A stretch of 63,998 nucleotides of DNA, the filler included, from Sphacelaria rigidula (lineage: Eukaryota): NCBI GenBank assembly GCA_964200075.2. It is 3 parts of 3 records of this genome, joined end to end, with 100 filler letters (N's around TTAATTAATTAA, not from the genome) between each part and the next. Parts side by side here need not be neighbours in the genome. Positions count along the whole stretch, not along the records: positions 42,902 to 63,998 come from CAXNAA020000466.1; 2 more parts are not named here. The stretch is one strand, 5' to 3'. Both the position numbers and the translations under genes were made by a program. Below the pieces are notes generated by a model, which saw only the letters and a list, made by a program, of their open reading frames with translations, was not told where the DNA came from and did no database searches. Each line of letters opens with the position of its first letter. The stretch's first letter is position 1. Below are positions 51,441-63,998 of this stretch, in pieces.

Positions 51441-51697
51441 CACACGTCGGACAGCTCATGAGGCACCTGAAACAACTAATCAAAAAGAACACTCAGATCC
51501 ATTGTACAAGGACACAAAACACGTGACAGCAGTGCCCGAGGAGCCGAAGCGTTACCTTCCCGCTACACCGCGTGCTCGGCTCCCATCGCTATCGGGAGCT
51601 TATACGGAAACAATGGCCAAATGAGCTAGCTCATCATCCGAATCAGTTCTCTAATAAGACGTATTATCCAGGTAGCTCATGACCTGTCCGACGTGTG
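51441..51697. mobile_element. hAT-like MITE, CACACGTCGGACAG family
   Basis: TIR CACACGTCGGACAG...CTGTCCGACGTGTG with perfect 8-bp TSD CTCATTTT. Confidence 0.88.
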
Positions 51698-53586
51698 CTC
51701 ATTTTCACTAAAAAAGTGAAGGACAATATGCTGATGACTCGTGTCCCTTAACAGAGGATACGTGGAATACCTCGCGCTGGCTATCAGACTAGCCTCGGTG
51801 TCTCAAAGTACAGCAGAACGGCATATATATATAGTGTTGTTTTATGTATACGTGCAGTACAGGGCAGAATCATATCATCACACATAATATAGTCTTGCGC
51901 AGTAGCGGACGGCAAGAGTATCGACGCCAAGCGTACCCATCTAAGCAAAAAAAATGCGTAGAGTACGGTAGTCGGTGGCAGGCTCTCTTGATTTGAGTGT
52001 AGTATACAATGTGCCCTATATTACAGGAAAATATCTCGGCAAACCCATTCGGTGCGAGGGATAAAAACTACTCAACATACGACCCAACCATTGCTTTGGC
52101 TTACTGACGTACAGTGATCATGACAGTACAGTAAAACAAATGTCTCGTGATCTCCGAGTACCGTACAGTAGAGTGGCATACATAGCACTGTAGATACGTA
52201 CAAGGCAGCATTACGGCGCCACACAAATCACATATCGCGTCACTCTAGTGTGTACTCAGGTTAACAGTACACAGCAGAGGTAAATCCTCGGAATCTCCTG
52301 AGTGTGTTGTCTTGCATCTGACATTCGATGATATTTCGCCGCCGTTTATTCCCACAGCAAAAGCACATTACTCATGAAATTTGTACCTTGAGTACATAGT
52401 TAGGGATCGTACCAAGGAGATAGTGCAGGTCGTATACATAGAGTAAAGGCATTCTGTACAGGATCACAAATCAATCGTACGGCGGCATGTCGTAGAACCA
52501 AACGGTGACACTTGCAACCCAATACGAACCATTCACGCCGTCTTCTTCCAGCTGAAGCTGGCAAGAGTTAGAAACTGCAGCCAAGGCAACGTCGTGCACC
52601 CGCCGAGCATTTGAATCTTCACGCAACACAACCGAGCGAATGCTGATACCATGGCGGCGTCAGGGAGGTCTCCTGATTGCGATGCCGAGCTTTTCTACTT
52701 CTTGAATGCCCCATTGTGATGAGCATGGCAGTTGTGATGAATGTTCCACTTTGCTTGTTAGGGTGTACAGTAGTGGGCGGTCTAACTATTCAGGGGTTGT
52801 TTGGGGTTTTCCTCGCGTACTACTCTTCGATAGAACTCCAAATTCCTAGCGTCGGTTACAATGAACAGATCATCCCGAAACACAGTGCCCAAGTCAGTGT
52901 TGGTGTTATCAGGCGGTACGAGTAAATAGCCCGTTTATCAGGAGGGTGTTATTGACCGTGAAAAGCGTTTTTTCGGCTCTAGAGCAATAAGTAGGTAGAA
53001 TTTCGAAAACAAACTGTACATTTCATCATAAATATGATCAGGACAGGCTTGATCAACCGAAAATATCAAAGAATTAGAATCTGGGCTGAAACGTGGCAAA
53101 CCCCCCATGACCGGTCAGCCCGTGAGTCACTCAGTATTGAATACAAATTACATTTTTTCTTCGAATGTGGAGCGGATACAAATATCTTCAGATCCCTCAT
53201 GTGATAGGCGGTGGCAGGCGAAAAGGGCCCACGAAAATCGCCAATCACGAAATTATCACAAGATGCCACAAAATGAGCAGTTAGGCCGCCCACTACTGTA
53301 TTAATTATGGGCTGGCCGTGACCATGGTGGTGACGGTAGGCGTGGTTTTTTTCGTTCCACTATGAGCTCTGAAGAGGAACAACGGTTTTCAGAGACAAGA
53401 GGTGCAAACGGCACTCTGACGCTGAGAAAAGCGAGCTTGACAAGAAATCAGAGTGGAATGTGCACCGTTACCGGCTATTTTTCCTTCCCCTCCGACTCGA
53501 AGATAGGAAAAATGTTTCCCGAAACTCTCTATTATGCTCATTCTGGGAGTGCCCAGATTACTGGGCCACGCGGTGGTACAGACGCA

Positions 53587-56500
53587 TATAGAGCCCTCCT
53601 GGACTTTGAACAAGGTCACAAGACTGCTCCAAGGGCTTCCTCCCTCACTAGGGCTTGGAGACTTCAAGACAGCTGTTGTTCACAAACACAGTCTTCGTTA
53701 TCGGAAGTAACCTTGCTCCTCTTTGAACACATATACTGTCAAGCAGTCATGGTCATACTCCAGAGAATATCTCATGACCTAATATCATGATGCAAAGTTC
53801 ATATCCAAACCTCCATGGATCAACTTGCAGCTCCTTATGCATCTGTACGTGTACTAGAGGTGAACTACTCTACAGCACCCCCAAAACTCCGCACTACTCG
53901 AAGTAGAAAGCGAGTTTGACAAACAGTAGACACCGACACTCACGTTCATGCTACCTTTGTCCGCCTGTTCGTGACACATGACCATGTAATGTCATGTTCA
54001 CAAACAAAATGATCATTTGCAAAACGCCGAACAACAACACTCGAACACAGCGTCTCGATCGAATTCAGTGAATAGTTCAGTCAACGGCAATTTCCAGTCG
54101 TGGCATACTCACACAAAGCAAACGCACCAAGAATAATACCATTTCGAACCGTAACATTAGATCATATCACGCACTCAAAGCTTGATACCGTAATTTGCCT
54201 ACAAACGTGGCCGCACCTTCTGGCCCAGTTCCAACTGACGCAGCTCAGAACAAATATGCGGTGCTCCTTCCGGACAAATGGGCACAACATCCACATACAC
54301 ATGACACAGTAAAAGATCACTGTATTCGCGCACGGTTTATTCTATCGTCAACCTCTGGAAATACTCACGTTATAATTGCTCACATACACGCCTACGCATT
54401 TCGTAGTTTCCGCTCATTTTCACGCCAACAGCAGCAATCATCATCTCCTACAGTCAGTCTCTGCAAACCGCACAAAGATGATTCCACTTTTTTGTGAGAA
54501 TAATAATATACGAGCTTTATTTCATTCAGCACACAGCAGTGTATTGAAAAAAAATCACCCTGGCTCTTCATCAGCCACCATGCACATCAGTCACATATGC
54601 ATGCTCATATTTCACTCAGCAGCTTCTTTGCAGAAACCACAATGTATCATGCGTGCCAACCAGAGCGAAACAACACTCAGATCCAGGAATCACACCACCA
54701 CAACCTACAATCGCCCACAAAACGATTCAGGTATACAAGTCACAATGTGCTTCCTCATTCTCAACGAGCAATTCCACTAGTACTAGCTCCTTAACATCAG
54801 CCAACCCGGCGCTCACCGCAACATCGAGCACCTTAGGTAATGCCCGCCTTGTAATTCTCCTGCGCTCCTCCTGAGAAACAGCAGCTCTCCGGCTACGATC
54901 TCGTCCACACCGTAGAGTAGCATTTCCACCCGAACAGTCGCTCCTCGCGTCAGAGATACAGCTACAGCTCTCATAGCTTTCCTCAAAACCGGTATTCAAT
55001 GCCCACTGCACGGCAGGTACCAAACCTATCCAGGGATCAGCATTGCGTCTTCCTTCCTGCATTATGACCTTCAAGGTACGAACAATGTCACGCATCATTC
55101 GCTCACATTCACGATACGACAACCGCGAGTTGGCCACCACGAATCTGCGATCCATCAGCGCCTGCTCGAGCACTCGCACCACACGATTCTCATATTGTGA
55201 TGCCGTATCGCTGATCCCTCCCTCCTGCGGCCCCAGCGCCTTGCACCATGTCAACAGATGCTTCACCGTCGTCGCCGCCGTGCAAGACTCCGCGGGTTCC
55301 AACCGCACAAAGTCGCTCGGGTCATCCATCCTTACCAATACATACTTGAACGGATCTCCTTCGTCCAAGTCAGCATCTCCCAGCGGACCACCCTCGCTAA
55401 CACTGAGAAAACTGAAATGAAGCACCTTCCCTGGGCGAGCACCATGCACCACCTCCTTGTGGGGACGGGGAACTTCCTCCCCCGTCTTGTATGCACCCAT
55501 CCAGCGAAAACAGGACTTCTCGGGCGTTGCACTCGCCGCTCTCGCCCACACTACCTGCAAACCGCAGGACACGAGCTCGAGCGCCACCAATGTTGCGATG
55601 CAGCGTGCCAACAACGCCATCCTGACCGAAAAGTACGCCCTTGGCCGAGCTTTTGCCTCCACAACAACAGGTTTGAATTTCACCTTCAAGGGCTCGACGC
55701 GAGGAGGCGGATAACCATGCAGCGTTCGCCTAAAAATGCTCGCTCTGCTCCGCACAGGCTCACGAATCTGGCTCACGTCGCTCTCCGATATGCCGTTATC
55801 AGCGGTGGCTTGTACTGCCCCCTCCGGCGCAACATCAAGCTCAGCAAGCTCTTGTTTCGGGGATATGCTCATCGCCAGACTTCTCGACAACAACCGCTCG
55901 ACTGAGGAATAAACGGGCTCCGCCCGACCTCCTGGTTGCTGTAAAGCGTCAACCGCGATACTGGAACGCCGACAGTCCGTAAAATCAGGCGTATTTACAC
56001 CTTGCACCGAAGTGTTTCTTGCACGTGCACAATCACCTAAGCTACTGTACACGTCAATACCCAGCGCCTCCAGCGTAGGGCTCCCCATGATCTTCACATC
56101 ATCTGTACGCGGCATGACCGCATATGAACATGGGTCCAGCGCAACCGGTCCCCAGCTGGTGTATAAAGCGGTTTGGACAGGGCAACTTTTCTGCTTCATG
56201 CGCTCAACGTTGCCGTTAGCCAGTTTCACCAGCTGTTTACCACTCATCGGTGTGACCACTCGAATATCTGGAATCATAGCTTGTAATTTCGCCGCTACAC
56301 CCACTGACATGGTCATAATTCCTGATCCCGAGTTTAAAATGGCCTCAACCGGACAAACAGTCTGTGCCCCTGCCCTCAGTACAGACAAGTCGGCGAGACA
56401 CCATCTTTCCTCTTTTTCTACACGTATACCCTCAGATTGAAAACCTGATACCTCACCCGGTTTAAGCGATCTCCACGACGACACCGCCTCAGATGTCCAG

Positions 56501-57906
56501 CGCGAGATTGTTTCCCCTGTTTCCCCCGATACGGTCTGCTGTACACCACCAGTAGAAATGACCGGCTCTGATGGTAGCATCGCTCCACTGCTGGGAGCAC
56601 CCCCTCCATCGGTTGAAAATACAGCCCTTGTAGCGGCAGGACTCTTGCCCCCTCCTCGAGGCACCTGTCCAGGGCCCTGCGACAGCTGCTGCTGTTGTTG
56701 CTGCGTGTCGCCGACCTTCGACTGCACACCTGCAGTATGTTGTGGAGCAGCAGCTTGGCTGTGCTGCTTACAATCCTTCACGAAGTAGCCCTTGTCTCCA
56801 CATGAGAAACAACCTGCATAGCTGGAGCCCGGTTTCCGAGATTTCCCGGAACTGGCAGTCTCACTGCCAGTGGTCGCCGTTTCTCCACCATTCAGTTCGC
56901 GCTTGGACACTGAGGTCCCGGTGCCGCCCTTCTGTTTCAGCTGCGGCTGGTGACGGCGCTGTTCATCAGCCGCTTCTACCGTCTTTCATGCCTTTGCTGT
57001 TTACAAAGCCGTATCATACACGAGCTCGGGGTCCTCTTTCCATCCCCCCTTCATGTGAAGCATGTTGAGCACTTTTGTCTTGAATTCAGGGGGGACATGC
57101 CGGCGAGCAATTCCCGCGTAATTATTTGAGCGGGTCCTGCTTTGAAAGTCTCGTCCTCGCGGAACGCGCGCTCGATGCTCGCGTTTTCGGCAAAAAAACT
57201 CCGCGAGGGCACCCCACTGTCCCTCGATTCTACCCGTGGCAGTCGGCTCGTTGCGAGCGGCCAATGCCTTCCGCACACCTGCTGCAGCAACCGAAGGATC
57301 GATCTCTGTATCAACCCAACATTTTGCATGTCGGCCTAGTGCCTCCTTAAGATGTTCATCATCGAGTGCCGATCCGTCAAATATTGAACGTGATAAGCAC
57401 CCGCGAATGTGCTTGGGCACAAGTTCTGTCACGGTCAATAAAGCGGCCTTTACCGTCCTCCCCTTATTGCTCATGAGTACGCTTTCTTCATAATCCCTAC
57501 ATTTTTGAACAAACCGTCTGGAGGTATCTTCGCTGAAATGCCGTCCGCACTCCGGTGCTTTCAGCCATCCACCTGGCATAAGCTCGGTAAATTTGAACGT
57601 CACCTCATCGCCTGCATCGCTCCCACCTCCTTTCCTCCGCGCTGCCATTCTTCCTTCCCTGCACGCAATGCTTCCAGCCAACGTAGCCGTCCCTCTGTTC
57701 AACGAGCTGCAACGAGCTGCGTCGTGTTACAGATTGCGCACCTGTCCGTGTACAATACACAAATGTTTTTGCAGAGACTGTCCGCAGCTAAAAACAATTT
57801 TCCAGAAACCAGCGGGTCCCCTGAATGAACGTTTATTATCGAGTCCTCCTGGACTCAGAATAAGGTCAAAAAGACTGCTCCAAGGGCTTCCTCCCTCACT
57901 AGGGCT
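53587..57906 (-). mobile_element. Ty3/Gypsy retrotransposon lacking most of RT and RNase H
   Basis: 3' LTR at 53587-53874 and matching 5' LTR remnant at 57837-57906 (AAGACTGCTCCAAGGGCTTCCTCCCTCACTAGGGCT shared). Frameshifted gag at about 57000-57700. ORF 54727-56910 has a Zn knuckle CFSCGDKGYFVKDC, protease AILNSGSG and integrase core YVLVRMDDPSDFV...ISDTASQY...ECERMMR. Confidence 0.88.
54727..56910 (-). CDS. Gypsy gag-C/protease/integrase polyprotein remnant (727 aa ORF)
   Basis: ORF track plus the motifs above. The catalytic protease Asp appears replaced by Asn and the knuckle His by Tyr. Confidence 0.6.
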   Translation of the reverse strand: MSKRELNGGETATTGSETASSGKSRKPGSSYAGCFSCGDKGYFVKDCKQHSQAAAPQHTAGVQSKVGDTQQQQQQLSQGPGQVPRGGGKSPAATRAVFSTDGGGAPSSGAMLPSEPVISTGGVQQTVSGETGETISRWTSEAVSSWRSLKPGEVSGFQSEGIRVEKEERWCLADLSVLRAGAQTVCPVEAILNSGSGIMTMSVGVAAKLQAMIPDIRVVTPMSGKQLVKLANGNVERMKQKSCPVQTALYTSWGPVALDPCSYAVMPRTDDVKIMGSPTLEALGIDVYSSLGDCARARNTSVQGVNTPDFTDCRRSSIAVDALQQPGGRAEPVYSSVERLLSRSLAMSISPKQELAELDVAPEGAVQATADNGISESDVSQIREPVRSRASIFRRTLHGYPPPRVEPLKVKFKPVVVEAKARPRAYFSVRMALLARCIATLVALELVSCGLQVVWARAASATPEKSCFRWMGAYKTGEEVPRPHKEVVHGARPGKVLHFSFLSVSEGGPLGDADLDEGDPFKYVLVRMDDPSDFVRLEPAESCTAATTVKHLLTWCKALGPQEGGISDTASQYENRVVRVLEQALMDRRFVVANSRLSYRECERMMRDIVRTLKVIMQEGRRNADPWIGLVPAVQWALNTGFEESYESCSCISDARSDCSGGNATLRCGRDRSRRAAVSQEERRRITRRALPKVLDVAVSAGLADVKELVLVELLVENEEAHCDLYT

Positions 57907-58207
57907 AACTGGCAGGGGTCGGCAAGCACAGATTTTTGCGCACGAATTTTTGTTCGACGGCCAATCAATGTCGAAACCTCGGAGCCAAGCGAATCTGAAA
58001 AGCAAACTAGGCTCCTCTCTGTGGGGGGATGCAAAGTGTCCGAGACGTGTGTTGGTGATTTTCCCTGTTTGGGGGTCAAAAGGTGGGTCAAACCTCCCAA
58101 AAGTGAACAATCCGTGGGCCAAAAATCTGTGTGCCATAACATCCGACCTGAGGTCCCCCGATCTGCGTACATATGCGTTTTTGTGACTGCCATACAAAGT
58201 GGTCTTA

Positions 58208-58675
58208 GGCTACTTTTTATGTATCGAAAAATACAACTTGTGAAAAGTGCGTTTTGGCCCTTCTTCGTCGTTTTTCCCCCAAGAAAGAGGACTAGGCGGC
58301 TGGTGACACCTTGGAGTGACTTGCTCTACTCGCTGAGACGGTCCCAAAGCACTTTTTCGTTTCCTGTAGGTCACGGTTTCGTTTTTGGCCAAGCTTGCAT
58401 TTTCAATAACAAATGGTCAAGTTATCTAAAAACAGAGAGAAAACAGACATTTTTCCGGTAACTTGATCGTTTGTTATTGAAAATGCAAGTTTGGTCAAAA
58501 ACGAAACCGTGACCTACGGAAAACGCACAGGTGTTCTGGGACCGTCTCAGCGAGTAGAGCAAGTCATTCCATGGTGTCAACGGCCCCCTAGCCCTCTTTT
58601 CGGGGGAACAACGACGGAGAAGGGCCAAAAATGCACTTTTCAACAAGTTTATTTTTTTATACATGAGAAGTAGCC
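58208..58675. mobile_element. foldback MITE, PIF/Harbinger (Tourist-like)
   Basis: TTA|GGCTACT...AGTAGCC|TTA, with two ~215-bp imperfect inverted arms around a ~35-bp spacer. Confidence 0.85.
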
Positions 58676-61600
58676 TTACGATCAAAAATCGACACAAAAT
58701 CTAGAATAAAAGATAACGCGGAGGAATAATGAACACGTCAGTACGTGGTCGGACCCGTGCCGAGGCTCTCACGAACAGAACACGTGCATGCTCCATCACT
58801 TATTAACTTGATTTAGTACGAGAAAGCTGTAGCACTGGAGATCGCTCGGTTGTCGACACAGGAAGCAAATGTATGGCAGTCCCCCGCATACACACAAGAT
58901 CTAGGCAACCGAGTTTGATGTTTTGCTGGCGTTGCGTCAGCGGCCCGGAAGCCCCTCCCAAGAGCGGAAAACATCTTATTTTAGTACATTCGGGTCATTG
59001 GGAGTCAGTAAGTATCACGCGCAAACGCAAAAAACAAACTAGGTAACATGACTTGGGTGTGTGGGAAGCGCACGCGAGAAACCGCAGTCCAATTCCCCGC
59101 TTCGTTGCCGAGATCTAAGCGCTGCGCGATCGGCACTTTTGGGTTGAGGATCAGTAGCATCTCTCGAGGTCGAAGATGGCAAATTGAAAAAATCGTTGCG
59201 CATATACTTTTTCCTGCCGCAAGCAAGTTGTGACGGCACGCAATTTGGTTGCGTGTTACCAGGCGCTGCTGTGTTCTGTGCGGCTGTACACAAAGGGCAA
59301 TCTCGCGTTCGAACGGCGAGTATCCTTTCAAGTGTCGAGTTACAGAGGGAGAGTTCACAGAAGAAAGACAAGGCTGGCGGCTACTTTGTCATGGTCATGT
59401 ATGACCGGGTCGGCACAGCAACGATGGTCCACGTGACTGTTTGTACATTCCACGAAGAACATGTTGTATGCCATGCGACTTCAGTCAACTTGTTGTTTAA
59501 ACGGGACACTATACAGGCGGGAAGGAGCGCAGTCGGTGACTAACCAATTCACCTCGCCCACTCCCATATCACCACCCATCTCGTCTCTGCCGGCCTCTCA
59601 ACTTTTTTCGTCACGATTGTCCAATTTCTTCCCTCACGAGATTTTGAAATTAGGGGAAAATTGACGTTCGAGATGTTGATCTGAACAGAGTGTACCAGAC
59701 CATGCCTAAGCGATTGACAAGATGGAATTCCTCCCTCTCATGCCGCGACCCCGACCCCATGAGGCCAAGAAAAATCACTCTCCAGTTCCGCAGTCACAGC
59801 CATGTGTAGGACATGCAGCGCGCAGCAAATCCGCACAAGGTGAAGATCTTGATCGTTAACATCATCATCGCCCTCAGTACCTTCAACATGCGCGACGCTG
59901 CTGCTCATGGTGTCCGAATTTCTGTACTTTCTCGTTCTGGCACGTTTTGAGGCAAGCATTTCAGTGCAGTTACGTTGGTGTGTGGCGGCCACAACTGCTG
60001 CTGTTCGTGTTCTCTTGTTATCTTCGCAACGGTGGTAAACGTGGTGTGGCAGCTCGGGGGCGTGCGCTTCTCGAGTAGTGCAGCGGCTGAACACTAGTGC
60101 GCCAAGAGCTTCCACCCACTGATCTGGAGCAATTTTTCCGCAGGAACAGCGAACAGCATCATGTCAACACCGACCACTCACAGGCTTCAATAAATGTACT
60201 TCAAATATAGTACATTTCATACGAGCCAGGTCGTTGTTTTGAGGTGACGCGTGTATTTTTTTTTTATATGATTCGCCCGATTACGGTCCAGTTCTTACGC
60301 ATATAGCGTTCGTGATTCATTTCCCCCACTCCCACCCATAACTGTGCAGCAGTAACCGGCCATCGGTTACACCGTGCGGGCAAGTCATCAACTCAATGCT
60401 TAGGGCTGAATTGATGTACCGCCGGCAAAGGTGCAACAGCGAGCGCAGGGACGCCGCGACGGGAGAAATTTACATCTGTACTCGGTTGCACATTGCTCAT
60501 ACAGTGACCATTACCAGGGTGGTATCCAACGTCGCACATAATGTAGCAACTGGATGGTGATTTCAACTGTGAAGTGGCGGTTTTACAGTCGCGGCACAAA
60601 ACCTTGCGCTTGTGCAAGGCATCTTGTGTATATTCAAGGCATACCATGCAAAATAACATCGATATAGCACATACCCCCAAATCGTTGCGAAAACACCCGG
60701 CATGATGGGAGATGCATCGTCTCGAACAAATACTGTAAGCTGAATTGTGAAGGCGGAACGCGTGAGCGTGTGCGAGAAGGTGAACCCGCTGTGAACTCAA
60801 ATGTACCTGGAAAACACCATCAGCAATGCCTCGTTCATGCGGCACAGCCAGCTACCTGATGCTCGACAGTGTTTCTCTTATCACATGGGCGACGCCGCAC
60901 ACGCGACTGCAGGGACGCTGCGGTGTTGCGGACTACTGTATGAGCAGGACAGCTGCAGCCGCCAACCGTGCAGGAAGAAAGGTCCTTGGAGTTCAAGTTC
61001 GTTTTGGTTCGGAACCAACCGTGTGAACTCCCGATGATGATACCATCATGTCGTCGGCGCCTCAACCATTGTGTTCCATTTGGTGGAAGTATCTCGAACT
61101 CGAGATTCCCGTCATATTCGACAGTAATTTACTGTTCAATATACCGCGAACCTCGAGTTTGAGATACCTCTCGTATTCAGCCCTGATCACATGATACGCC
61201 AAAACAAAAGTGAAATGCTCTCGCTGAAGAAAATCTAAGATAAATCAGGGAAGCGTGGTCTGTGTGTGTGAAAAACATGACGCTGCAACTTCCACCAAAC
61301 AGCAGATTTCGCCGGATATGAAGTCAGTGGTGACTGAAAACCGGGTCATTCATTCATCATCTGTTCAGTTTTCAGTGCTCGTTTCAGGTTTCAGTTCTCG
61401 TTGTTCCAGTTCTCGTCCGCCTGCGACATTCATCTCCCCACTTCAGCAGTTGGCGATCTCCAACACCACAGTCTGGACGATCGCACCAACATTTTGGAGG
61501 ACCAGGCAACAGACCAGGCATATTTAAATAAAGGAATATGGAGCTTTCGGAGCTGTGCAAGGGAGAGATCTTCATCACTGGCAAGGTGCGGTGTGACCGG

Positions 61601-63479
61601 CATGGTGCGGGCTATTCTCTTGTTACCGAAAAACATTCTCCGGGTGCTACAACAGTAATAACCTCCATCGAGGACGACTCCTCAACTATTGTCAACAGTA
61701 GTACAGAAAAGATAAAGAGCTGTACAGCAATTGAGATGTTTCCATGAGAGGTTACACCGTGATCACTGTCGATAGACCTTGTGTTTGGGATGGATATTGC
61801 GAGGGTGTTCGAACGGCGCGCAAGATTCGTCATTCGTTGCGCCCTAGGCTCAGAAAATGCGAGATAGATGGTGCGCTATCGCTGTCTACACATACGCTTT
61901 CTCTGTCCTCGCACTAAGGTACCGTTGTAAGAGTACTGATTGTACTGCCGTGACTATATGACTGTATATAAAGTATTATAATAGAGCATCAGCCACGTAT
62001 ATTACCTGTATACTGTCTGTACTGCATCATTGCCAATTGGCCGCCACATCTGGCTCTTGTTGTATTTTTTCAAGTAAAAATGATGCCGATTCAAGATGCT
62101 CGACCCCATCGCACTGTACTGTCTGTGACGTGGTACAATCGTCGTGGGGTGTGCCTCAAGTGCATATATTGACTATCGAATCTATTGTGAGTCTTTTCGC
62201 TACTCGTTGTGTACGATGTGTTGACAAAGGCAACTATACTGTAGAGGCTGCGGTGCGTCGAGCGAACCGTCGCTCATCAGCCGAAGAGCGAAACAGCTTT
62301 TTCACAGGCGCCAAAAGATCACGGGGTATAACACCCGTGGTTAAGACCGTTTCAGCCTTCAGTGAAGTGATGGCGCGATGGCACCCCCCCCCACCCCCCG
62401 ACTAGCCTCAAACCCGTCAGGAAGAATATGGCTATATAGCGCGTGATAGCTGATTCCACACTGCATGAAGCGTCTCATGTTGGCAACATTGGCGAAAACG
62501 ACCTCAAAGCGCGTGCGAGTTCCCAGCTCCTCGGTGTGCTCGGATTTTGGATTTTGTCTTTTTGATTCGTTGATTCGCACGTAGATTTTGCCTCTCGAAT
62601 CGGCCAATTTTCATCGGGGGGCTATCGCGGCACCACTTTGCATTCCCGAGATGCAAGACCCCGTTTCTCCAGAAAAGCTCGACGAATTCTTCCTTAAGAC
62701 AGAGCATTCGAGGGACCTTTTCTACACGTTTGATGAAAATTCATGTTGCAAACGCTCATCTGAGCGCAACCCACCACCTGTGCAGTACAAGGGAAGTCTT
62801 TGTCTGCCTCGGGTGCTGACTGGAACACCGCGTGTTGAATCTATAAGCACTGTTGTAGTACAGGGACGTGCATTACGGGCTACCGGTAATTACCGGTGAT
62901 GAGGTGGGGGTAGGGAAGATGGTATTTCCCCGGCAATGTTTGGACTATATAACTCCATCTGCGGCCGCACAAAAAGCAGAATTCCGTATTTTTGCCCAGA
63001 AGAACGGCCGCGAAAACAACAGAGAATAGGAGGAAAACCAAGGGTCTATCGAGCGAAAAATTTCGGACACGTAGGCCACCCTCCTCCCCCCCTCCGGAGG
63101 GCATTTTTTCGAAAATTGCCATGTTTTTTTCGATTTTTTTTGTCGAGTTTCTTGCAAGGAATTGATCAATAAACACTGTTTTGATTATGTCTGTTAATTT
63201 TGCTACAAGAGATTGATCAATAAATAATGCTGACAAGAACGGAAAAGTCTGGTGGGCTTCGTGGGGTTCGTGTATCTGCTTCTGCTCCTTGCCCGTCCTG
63301 TCCCGATGACCTGAGATGCCGGAGGGCAATTTTCCGACGATTAAAACTATCCTGTTTTTTCAATATTTTCTGTTAACTTTGTTGCAAGAAATCAATCAAT
63401 GAACATTGACAAAATCAGAGGAGTTCGGTGGGCTTTGCAGGTTTTATGTTTGCTTCTGCTCCTTTACATATTGACTTAG

Positions 63480-63810
63480 ATATTCATGATATATAATATG
63501 TAGTATAAGGATCATATTATGGTATATATCATTTAGCATCTACATATATATTAATATATAATTATATAGTATAGTATATGCTGCCCCTTGATGAATATTA
63601 ATATATATATAATTATATACAATATATGTACAATATAATATATGTTAAGGAAAAGAAGCATATGTGTAATATAGACCGCTTATATTGACCTATATTACAT
63701 AGCACATAATATATGAAATATAGTGTATGAAACATAATGTATTATATGTAATATATTAAATATAGTATATATAATACATGAAATATAATATATCATATAT
63801 AATGTATAAG
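63480..63810. repeat. AT-rich, TA-dinucleotide low-complexity tract
   Basis: Dense ATAT/ATAAT composition. Confidence 0.8.
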
Positions 63811-63998
63811 AATCTCTACTATTTACGGCAGCTGACCGCATCCGCCAACGCCTCGGCGAAAAACGAGGGGACACACGGCTGGGTGTCCCCCCCCGCCCCC
63901 CCCCTTACCCCCTCCCCCCTCAATAACTCGAATTTTCGATTTTGAACAGCCAATCATCTATGTTGAGGATGGTGCTTTTGATTGAGGATGAGAACCCG

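Noticed and set aside
57913..58165. hAT-like left end CAGGGGTCGGCAA
   Set aside because: No convincing right TIR or 8-bp TSD found, so it is not called as an element.

Overview
This is eukaryotic, intron-rich DNA, most likely from a brown alga (inferred from the 5S rRNA sequence, gene content, GT-AG introns of about 0.2-2 kb and the repeat families). The window joins three contigs with artificial 100-bp N44-TTAATTAATTAA-N44 spacers at 21355-21454 and 42802-42901. Contig 1 holds a complete 3-exon AP-4 sigma subunit gene (minus strand), the first two exons of a RICTOR-like gene, and a dense cluster of non-autonomous DNA transposons. Two different hAT-like elements in that cluster are stacked at one triplicated 8-bp target. 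Contig 2 is an internal 26-exon segment (about 1540 codons) of a giant PA14 + fibronectin type III protein, in which 4 of 6 FN3 domains are split by inserted repeat modules. Contig 3 is mostly decayed retroelements: a Copia fused head-to-head with a chromodomain Gypsy, a second RT-less Gypsy, LTRs and several MITEs. I found no CRISPR array or prokaryotic-type system. All family assignments come from motif recognition by eye, not database searches.
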